From an uncultured Alphaproteobacteria bacterium (lineage in GTDB: Bacteria > Pseudomonadota > Alphaproteobacteria > UBA7887), in assembly GCA_913044255.1 (NCBI GenBank), contig CAJWOI010000001.1, positions 1,084 to 25,083 on the forward strand: a stretch of DNA of 24,000 bases. The letters run 5' to 3'. The notes under the pieces are model-generated. The model made no database searches and was not told the DNA's origin. It saw only the letters and a list, made by a program, of their open reading frames with translations. A program made the position numbers and the translations under genes. This document shows positions 18,077 through 24,000 of the stretch, one piece after another. Position 1 is the first letter of the stretch; every line of letters starts with the position of its first letter.

Positions 18077-18201
18077 CGCTGCGTTGCCTCTCCCGTCAAC
18101 GCCTGACCGGCTACAAACTAGAACTCCCCACGTGAGCGTGGGCGTCTGGCCCCTGACGGAGATCTATACTATGACTATCGGTACACCATTTATTCGAGCA
18201 A

Positions 18202-19308
18202 GTGAAAACAATACGGCGTAGGCTTCAACGTCGTGCCTTTCGACAGCCACATTGGGATACCTGGGTGCATTTTATCAACACTGAGGCAAAAGCAAGAATA
18301 ACGCTTATAGCCCTACTGGCACTGATATCGCTTCCAGCCAGCACAAACTGCCGTGCCCAGGATTCCGCCGTGGCGCTAATGTATAGTCGGGTTGGTGCCG
18401 CCGGTGGAGCTACTACTAAGACGGAGGAATTTGAAAACCATCTCAGCCATCTTTCTACGAATAATTATCAGGTATTACCTTTGCCACAGATAGTAGCGAC
18501 ACTGCAGATCGGGGCTCCAGTGCCAGAAAACGCTATTGCGATGACTTTTGATGGCGGACATATTTCGATTTATCAGGAGGTTTGGCCGAGATTAAAAGCC
18601 CTGGGCTTCCCGTTCACTGTCTTTATTGCCACTGACGTTATCGACTCTGGGGGGGATATGCTCATGTCATGGGACCAGGTCCGGGAGCTTTCATCCTCTG
18701 GCGTAACAATAGGCGCCTTGGGAGGAGGCTATAAACATTTAGTTGAACTGGACGAGAATGAGGCAGCAGCAGATATTACTCGAGCAAATCAACGTCTGAT
18801 GGAGGAAATCGGCACGGCACCTGAGCTTTTTGCGTACCCATTCGGTGAATATGACGCAGATCTGCAGAGAACAATCGCGCATCATGGATATAGCGCCGCT
18901 TTCGGCCAGCACTCGGGTGTTATTTATGGCAACGCCGATTACATGGCCCTGCCTCGCTTTCCGTTAGTTGGAAATTACGCCAACATGCCAAGGTTCCGAA
19001 CGGTGGTAGACACCCTGCCACTTCCAGTTACCGATGTTGTTCCAACGGACCCAGTTATTACACATAATCCACCTTCCTTAGGTTTCACAGTCGCCGGTGA
19101 GGTAGGACCGCTAGAGAACTTAGCCTGCTATTTAGCCCGATTTGGAAAATTGAACATCGAGCAACTAGGGCCCGCTCGAATCGAAGTCCGTTTCCCAGGC
19201 GCCCTTCCAACCGGCCGCAATCGGGTCAATTGCACACTGCCTGGCCCCGGCGGTAGGTGGCGCTGGTTTGGCCTTCAACTACTTGTGCCGCGACAACATG
19301 GAAACTGA
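18202..19308 (+). CDS. secreted polysaccharide-deacetylase (NodB-fold) family protein with degenerate metal-binding motifs and an extra C-terminal domain
   Basis: Has a signal-peptide-like segment (ARITLIALLALISLPASTNCRAQ). The NodB-like core is MTFDGGH...MSWDQVRELSSSGVTIGALGGGYKHL...LFAYPFGEY. The track's start is GTG 18202. In-frame GTG 18265 would give a more conventional signal peptide (MHFINTEAKARITLIALL...). Confidence 0.7.
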   Translation: MKTIRRRLQRRAFRQPHWDTWVHFINTEAKARITLIALLALISLPASTNCRAQDSAVALMYSRVGAAGGATTKTEEFENHLSHLSTNNYQVLPLPQIVATLQIGAPVPENAIAMTFDGGHISIYQEVWPRLKALGFPFTVFIATDVIDSGGDMLMSWDQVRELSSSGVTIGALGGGYKHLVELDENEAAADITRANQRLMEEIGTAPELFAYPFGEYDADLQRTIAHHGYSAAFGQHSGVIYGNADYMALPRFPLVGNYANMPRFRTVVDTLPLPVTDVVPTDPVITHNPPSLGFTVAGEVGPLENLACYLARFGKLNIEQLGPARIEVRFPGALPTGRNRVNCTLPGPGGRWRWFGLQLLVPRQHGN

Positions 19309-19326
19309 TTTCGACAACAAACTAAC

Positions 19327-19815
19327 CTAGGTCAGGCTCTTGATTTGCTCGTCAGTTAGATTACCCGGCACAATCAATAGCGGGATCCGCAGACGTTTCG
19401 TCAGCTGGTTACTAAGCTCATGCACCAGGTCATTGCTGCCTTTACCTTCTGGCGCACATCCTAACACCATCGCATTAATGTCCGGCTCATCGTCAATCAA
19501 CTTCAGGATTTGTTCGATTTTGCGACCCTGCCGGACAAACAGCACCGGACGAATACCGGCATAATTGTTGACCTCCTCTGCAAGTGCATTAAGCCGCTCC
19601 TCGGCCTCCTGCCGCCGTTCCTCGGCCATTACCTCACTTACGGATCCCCAGTGCTGAAAGCTGGCCGGTTCTACCACATACAGAAGAAACACATGGCCGC
19701 CTGTATTGCGCGCCCGTAGCGCGGCCAAGCGCATTGCAACACGGCAATCATCGCTCTCATCTACGCACACCAAATACGTTATCTTGCCTGGAACGTGTCC
19801 TTGTTGATTAGCCAC
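19327..19815 (-). CDS. universal stress protein (UspA family)
   Basis: 162-aa ORF with a USP-like layout (ITYLVCVDESDDCRVAMRLAA...VFLLYVVEP...INAMVLGC...IPLLIVPG). It starts 3 nt after the upstream gene's stop. Confidence 0.75.
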   Translation of the reverse strand: MANQQGHVPGKITYLVCVDESDDCRVAMRLAALRARNTGGHVFLLYVVEPASFQHWGSVSEVMAEERRQEAEERLNALAEEVNNYAGIRPVLFVRQGRKIEQILKLIDDEPDINAMVLGCAPEGKGSNDLVHELSNQLTKRLRIPLLIVPGNLTDEQIKSLT

Positions 19816-19818
19816 TGG

Positions 19819-20583
19819 TTAGGTTCTTCGGAAAATTGCGCTTGCTAGCCATCCTGCCATTAAAGCCAAGACTACGGCAAGAATACCATACAACCACGGG
19901 CTATCGTGTGCAGTGCGATATATCCTTGCCTCAATCCCGGTCTTGCGGACTACCAGAGAGGCAGTGCCACTCGCTATCACCCTGCCATCACTTACCTGGT
20001 GCACTGCAGCTTGATAAGTCCCTGGCGGGACGTTTGAGGGAAAATCGAATCGCACTCGAAACAAATTAGTGCCTATAAACTGGACTTCAGACGGCTCTAG
20101 AAAATAGAGTCCTTGGTCAACTTTGTGGCGCAACAGAGCCTCATAATATTTGGCAAAACCGCCACCCCTTGTGGCGCCCCCTACCGATACTAACTTTATG
20201 TTGTTCAGCCCAACCCGGTTTGCTGCTCGTTGCCTTGCATCTAAGATTGCATCAAGCGGGCCCGATGCGGCCACCGCATAGTATCCAGGCGCAGTCTCAA
20301 AAACTAGTTCGCTGCGATTTAGCCAAAATCCCGCTGTGCGAGCCTTACGGCGCACCACCACCGGCTGATTTGGGCCACGCATCACTGCCACTATCTCGTC
20401 GCCTCCCGGGCCTTGCATGGCCCCAAACAAAAGCACTTCCGCGCCCGTAAAGTTTGAGTGTATCGCTATACTATGGTGACTAAGATCAACCTCCAAAGAC
20501 TCGGCAAAAGCTGACGCTGACATAGCGCAGATGCAGAGCAACGCGCTTGTAATTTTTGATTGATTTGATGCCCCCATTTTCAT
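19819..20583 (-). CDS. Alph_Pro_TM / TIGR02186-like protein (signal peptide plus C-terminal TM anchor), function unknown
   Basis: 254-aa ORF with an N-terminal signal peptide (ALLCICAMSASAFA) and a single C-terminal TM (WLYGILAVVLALMAGWLASAIF). The core (DLSHHSIAIHSNFTGAEVLLFGA...VVVRRKARTAGFWLN...APGYYAVAASGPL) matches my recollection of this alphaproteobacteria-restricted family. ATGA overlap with the upstream permease. Confidence 0.6.
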   Translation of the reverse strand: MKMGASNQSKITSALLCICAMSASAFAESLEVDLSHHSIAIHSNFTGAEVLLFGAMQGPGGDEIVAVMRGPNQPVVVRRKARTAGFWLNRSELVFETAPGYYAVAASGPLDAILDARQRAANRVGLNNIKLVSVGGATRGGGFAKYYEALLRHKVDQGLYFLEPSEVQFIGTNLFRVRFDFPSNVPPGTYQAAVHQVSDGRVIASGTASLVVRKTGIEARIYRTAHDSPWLYGILAVVLALMAGWLASAIFRRT

Positions 20584-21494
20584 CCGATAAATGGGGCGGT
20601 TGAATAAATATCCACAGGCGTTGCCAGTAAATCATGAGCAAGCTTAGCGCATACAGCAATGACCAACAGTGCAAGCAAAATTCTTAGTTCCTCCCCGCGT
20701 AGGCGCGTACCAATTCGGGTCCCAAACTGAGCTCCAACAACGGCGCCAAGCAGAAGGATCAGGGCCAGTAATATGTCAACGGTCTGATTGCTGCCCGCAT
20801 GCAAAAGAGTGCTATTAGCGGCAACAAAGATGATCTGAAAGAGCGAAGTGCCCACAACCATCGCTGTGGGCATTCCGAGAATATAAATCATCGCCGGTAT
20901 AAGTATGAAGCCGCCACCAACCCCCATAGTTGCAGACATCACGCCAACGCAGAACCCTATTCCTGCGGGGACCAACGCACTGATATAAAGCTTTGATTTA
21001 CGAAACCGCATCTTATACGGAAGGCCATGTACCCAATAATGTGCATGCATCCGTTCGCGTCGCCCACCTCGCCGCCTCCGGAGTATGGAACGCCCACTCT
21101 CGAGAGCCATCAGCGTCCCGATCACCCCAAGAAATAACACGAACGTGAGTGAGATAAATTCGTCAACTTGTCCTGCGGAGCGCAACTTCCGAAACAACCA
21201 GACCCCCAATACAGAACCAATCGCGCCGAATACTACGAGCACGAAGCCCATCTTTAGGTCCACGTTACCTCGCCGCCAATGTGCCAGAAATCCCGAAACT
21301 GAGGCCGCCGTGATTTGATTAGCCTCGGTGGCTACCGCAACTGCCGGTGGTACGCCAATAAAAATGAGCAACGGCGTCATTAAAAAGCCGCCGCCGACCC
21401 CGAACATCCCGGACAGAAGCCCAACCCCAACACCCATGCCCAGCAACAGCACAATGCTGACCGACATTTCGGCGATGGGTAGATAGATTTCCAT
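20580..21494 (-). CDS. TauE/SafE (DUF81) family membrane permease
   Basis: 304-aa polytopic membrane protein with duplicated GxFGVGGGF-type motifs (LSGMFGVGGGFLMTPLL and MGVGGGFILIPAM). A highly basic central loop (RRRRGGRRERMHAHYW...RFRKSK) separates the halves. Confidence 0.85.
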   Translation of the reverse strand: MEIYLPIAEMSVSIVLLLGMGVGVGLLSGMFGVGGGFLMTPLLIFIGVPPAVAVATEANQITAASVSGFLAHWRRGNVDLKMGFVLVVFGAIGSVLGVWLFRKLRSAGQVDEFISLTFVLFLGVIGTLMALESGRSILRRRRGGRRERMHAHYWVHGLPYKMRFRKSKLYISALVPAGIGFCVGVMSATMGVGGGFILIPAMIYILGMPTAMVVGTSLFQIIFVAANSTLLHAGSNQTVDILLALILLLGAVVGAQFGTRIGTRLRGEELRILLALLVIAVCAKLAHDLLATPVDIYSTAPFIG

Positions 21495-21664
21495 CGGTAC
21501 TGTTTATAGAAGAGTTAGGTTGCGAAAGGTTTTGCTCCTACACGCGTCGGTACGCAAGCATTTTTTTAGTTGCGCGCCCAATAAGTTTCAATCTCTATAA
21601 CGTTGTCGCTCGGGTGAACAAATCTCCGGCAAATGCGCAGCTACTACCCTAATGGCAGGAACAT

Positions 21665-22654
21665 TCATGTAAGGCCCACCACTTTTTTTACGTCAGAAAG
21701 TATTGGTGTCGCGATTTGTGTTGCACGATCTGCGCCATCCGACAACACCTGGTCTACATGACCTGGGTCCTCGGAGAGCCGTTTCATTTCGTGCCCGATG
21801 GGTGCCAAAACAGCGATAGCAAGGTCAATGAGTTGTAATTTGAACTGAGAAAATGATTTGCCAGCGAATTCTTCGCAAACTTGTTGGACAGTCTTATCAG
21901 CGAGCGCCCCGTAAATACCAAGTAAATTTGCTGCCTCTGTGCGCCCTTCAAGACCATCAGTCGACTCTGGTAAAGGCTCCGGATCGGTCCGGGCCTTGCG
22001 AACCTTGAGGGCAATCGAGTCCGCATCGTCGGCCATGTTAATGCGAGAGTAATCAGAGTCGTCAGATTTGCTCATCTTCTTGGAGCCGTCACGTAAGCTC
22101 ATTACCCGTGCCGCGCCTAAAATCAGTGGCTCGGGCATCGGAAAAAATTCCGTTCCGAACATGCTGTTGAACGCTTTCGCGATATCGCGGGTTAACTCCA
22201 AATGTTGTTTCTGGTCCTCACCCACTGGGACATGTGTCGCCTTATAGAGGAGTATATCCGCAGCCATCAATGTAGGATAAGCGTAAAGCCCCACAGTTGC
22301 GTTGTCCCGGTGCTTACCCGCCTTCTCCTTAAACTGGGTCATGCGGTTGAGCCATCCAAGGCGCGCAACACAGTTGAAAACCCAAGCAAGCTCAGCGTGT
22401 CCAGACACTCGGCTCTGATTGAATATTATGTTGCGCTTGGGATCGATACCTGCGGCCATAAGCCCAGCCGTCACTTCCCTGGTATTGGCTCGCAGCTCAC
22501 TTGGATCCTGCGGCGTGGTAATGGCATGCAAATCGACTACACAATAAATACAGTCATATTGATCCTGAAGGCGCGCCCAGTTTCGAATTGCGCCGAGATA
22601 ATTCCCCAGGTGCAAGTTGCCAGTGGGCTGAACGCCGGAAAATATACGGTTCAT
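21665..22654 (-). CDS. trpS: tryptophan--tRNA ligase
   Basis: 329-aa ORF with the class-I aaRS HIGH-type motif ([11 protein letters not shown]) and KMSKS. Strong SD (GGGGGA) 3 nt before the ATG. Confidence 0.97.
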   Translation of the reverse strand: MNRIFSGVQPTGNLHLGNYLGAIRNWARLQDQYDCIYCVVDLHAITTPQDPSELRANTREVTAGLMAAGIDPKRNIIFNQSRVSGHAELAWVFNCVARLGWLNRMTQFKEKAGKHRDNATVGLYAYPTLMAADILLYKATHVPVGEDQKQHLELTRDIAKAFNSMFGTEFFPMPEPLILGAARVMSLRDGSKKMSKSDDSDYSRINMADDADSIALKVRKARTDPEPLPESTDGLEGRTEAANLLGIYGALADKTVQQVCEEFAGKSFSQFKLQLIDLAIAVLAPIGHEMKRLSEDPGHVDQVLSDGADRATQIATPILSDVKKVVGLT

Positions 22655-22783
22655 GATTCCCCCATTGAATCAGCGCATTGCCGGCGGTGTATCGTCCCAG
22701 TAAGGATTGGTCAATCTTCGATACGGCCCAGCTTTCATATAAAACACAAAACGACTTAATTTGGGCAGCAAGTTTCGAAGCAG

Positions 22784-22809
22784 TTGGTAGATCTCAATCT
22801 ATCTACCAA
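22784..22809. other. Perfect 9-bp inverted repeat hairpin just downstream of murJ
   Basis: TTGGTAGAT (22784..22792), an 8-nt loop, then ATCTACCAA (22801..22809). It lies 16 nt after the murJ stop on the minus strand. There is no U-tract on either strand. Confidence 0.3.
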
Positions 22810-22825
22810 ACGAATGAACGCTGAC

Positions 22826-24000
22826 TCACCCCTTCAGCGCTGCCCTTAGGTCCTGCCAACGCATGGCCCCTACGACACTTGCGGTAAACGTAAACCCTAC
22901 TACCCCGACCAAAACAAGCCCAAAAAGCGCCGATACTTTTAGCCCTATCCCACCCAATAACCAGGGCGTAAATATTTTTGAAGAGACTAAAAGCAAAAGG
23001 ACCATCGCCATACTTGCAAGTAACATGCGCGGAACACGGCGGCGGAGCAACCTGTCGGGTCGAAAATAGCGCTGAACATATAAACCTTTCGCCAATAACG
23101 CAGCATTTAACCAGGCCGACAAAGCACTAGCCAACGCTATACCAATCACTCCAAATGGCTTCATAAATACCAGGTTTAGGACAACATTAACGGCAAGGGC
23201 CCAAGCTGCCGCCCGTACCGGCGCGCGAGTGTCTTTTCGCGCGAAATAACCCGGTGCCAAGACCTTGATCAAGACGAATGCAGGCAACCCGATGCCATAG
23301 GCGGCCAGCACCCCAGCAGTCATTGCCGTTGCACGCGCATCAAAGGCCGCGCGTTCGAACAACACATGGACGATGGGCGTAGCAATCACCATCAAAGCGG
23401 CAGCAGACGGCAAGGTTAGCAGCAATGCATACTCAATAGCTCTATTTTGCGAGCCGTAAGCAGCGTCACCCTCTTTACCGGCGACTTGACGTGATAACGT
23501 GGGGAGAAGTGCCGTGCCAATCGCAACACCGATCACCCCTAGTGGTAATTGCACCACACGGTCCGCATAATAGAGATGGGACACAGAGCCATCAGGTAAC
23601 AATGAGGCGATAATCATGTCCACCACGAGGTTGAGCTGAACCACGCCGGCGCCGATTGCCGCGGGAAGCATGAGCACCAGAAGGCGTTTTACAGAAGGAG
23701 TGAGGCGTGGCCAGGACAGACGAGGCAAAAAATTTGCGCGTTTGCAATTCCAAGCCAGCCAAAGAAATTGTATGAGCCCGGCTATTGCAACTCCCCAAGC
23801 AAGCGCATGAGCCGGGGTTTCACCCGCCCGAGCGAAGCCCAACAGGGCGCCTATCAGACAAAGATTGAGGAATATGGGCGCCGCGGCAGCCGCGGCAAAA
23901 CGTTCAAGGCTATTCAACAAACCACCCAGCAGAGACACGAGAGATATAAACAAAAGATAAGGAAAGGTGAGACGCGCCAGGTAAACCGTAAGATCAAACT
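22826..24000 (-). CDS. murJ: lipid II flippase MurJ (MviN), C-terminal ~390 aa (continues past window end)
   Basis: Polytopic membrane ORF. Manual extension beyond the track's internal TTG start stays open to the window edge (...FDLTVYLARLTFPYLLFISLVSLLGGLLNSLERF). That stretch matches the conserved MurJ TFPYLLFISL region. The murJ-trpS adjacency is common in alphaproteobacteria. Confidence 0.9.
   Translation of the reverse strand, partial: FDLTVYLARLTFPYLLFISLVSLLGGLLNSLERFAAAAAAPIFLNLCLIGALLGFARAGETPAHALAWGVAIAGLIQFLWLAWNCKRANFLPRLSWPRLTPSVKRLLVLMLPAAIGAGVVQLNLVVDMIIASLLPDGSVSHLYYADRVVQLPLGVIGVAIGTALLPTLSRQVAGKEGDAAYGSQNRAIEYALLLTLPSAAALMVIATPIVHVLFERAAFDARATAMTAGVLAAYGIGLPAFVLIKVLAPGYFARKDTRAPVRAAAWALAVNVVLNLVFMKPFGVIGIALASALSAWLNAALLAKGLYVQRYFRPDRLLRRRVPRMLLASMAMVLLLLVSSKIFTPWLLGGIGLKVSALFGLVLVGVVGFTFTASVVGAMRWQDLRAALKG

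Noticed and set aside
18127-18142. Small hairpin CCCACG-TGAG-CGTGGG in the tsaB/deacetylase divergent region.
   Set aside because: A 6-bp stem with no U-tract and no obvious relation to a promoter or start site. It is too small to interpret without comparative data.
21540-21580. Plus-strand GCGT-CGGT-ACGC followed by AAGCATTTTTTT, which looks terminator-like.
   Set aside because: The stem is only 4 bp, and no plus-strand gene ends upstream of it. On the biologically relevant minus strand it lies within the leader of the TauE gene and has no terminator shape.
1-24000. Window-wide scan for CRISPR repeats, IS/transposase or integrase genes, tRNA/rRNA genes, toxin-antitoxin pairs and defence-system hallmarks.
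   Set aside because: None were seen. Every substantial ORF is accounted for by conserved housekeeping or envelope functions. Gene order matches well-known syntenic blocks, and I saw no abrupt compositional shift by eye.

Overview
This window looks like an ordinary core-genome segment of an alphaproteobacterium (Rhodospirillales/SAR116-like, mid-range GC by eye). I found no mobile element, CRISPR array, tRNA/rRNA gene or obvious foreign island. 23 of 25 genes lie on the minus strand, in three well-known conserved blocks. (1) rimP-nusA-ylxR-infB-rbfA-truB, preceded by metK-trmB. (2) miaB-phoH(ybeZ)-ybeY-corC-lnt. (3) fur, olsB-olsA, tsaB-rimI, trpS and murJ. I do not see a convincing previously undescribed system. 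The least understood part is a tightly packed three-gene membrane/stress module at 19327-21494: a TauE/DUF81 permease, an Alph_Pro_TM (TIGR02186-like) protein and a universal stress protein. Next to it is a secreted NodB-fold 'deacetylase' whose metal-binding motifs look degenerate. The clearest non-coding signals are a strong intrinsic-terminator-like hairpin with a T-tract in the rimP-nusA leader, which may be a NusA-type attenuator, and a 260-nt leader upstream of metK that could hold an SD-sequestering, SAM-riboswitch-like structure. Neither is verified. Several ORF-track N-termini appear over-extended (rimP, phoH, ylxR, possibly rimI and the deacetylase). All family assignments come from motif recognition by eye, and no database search was run.
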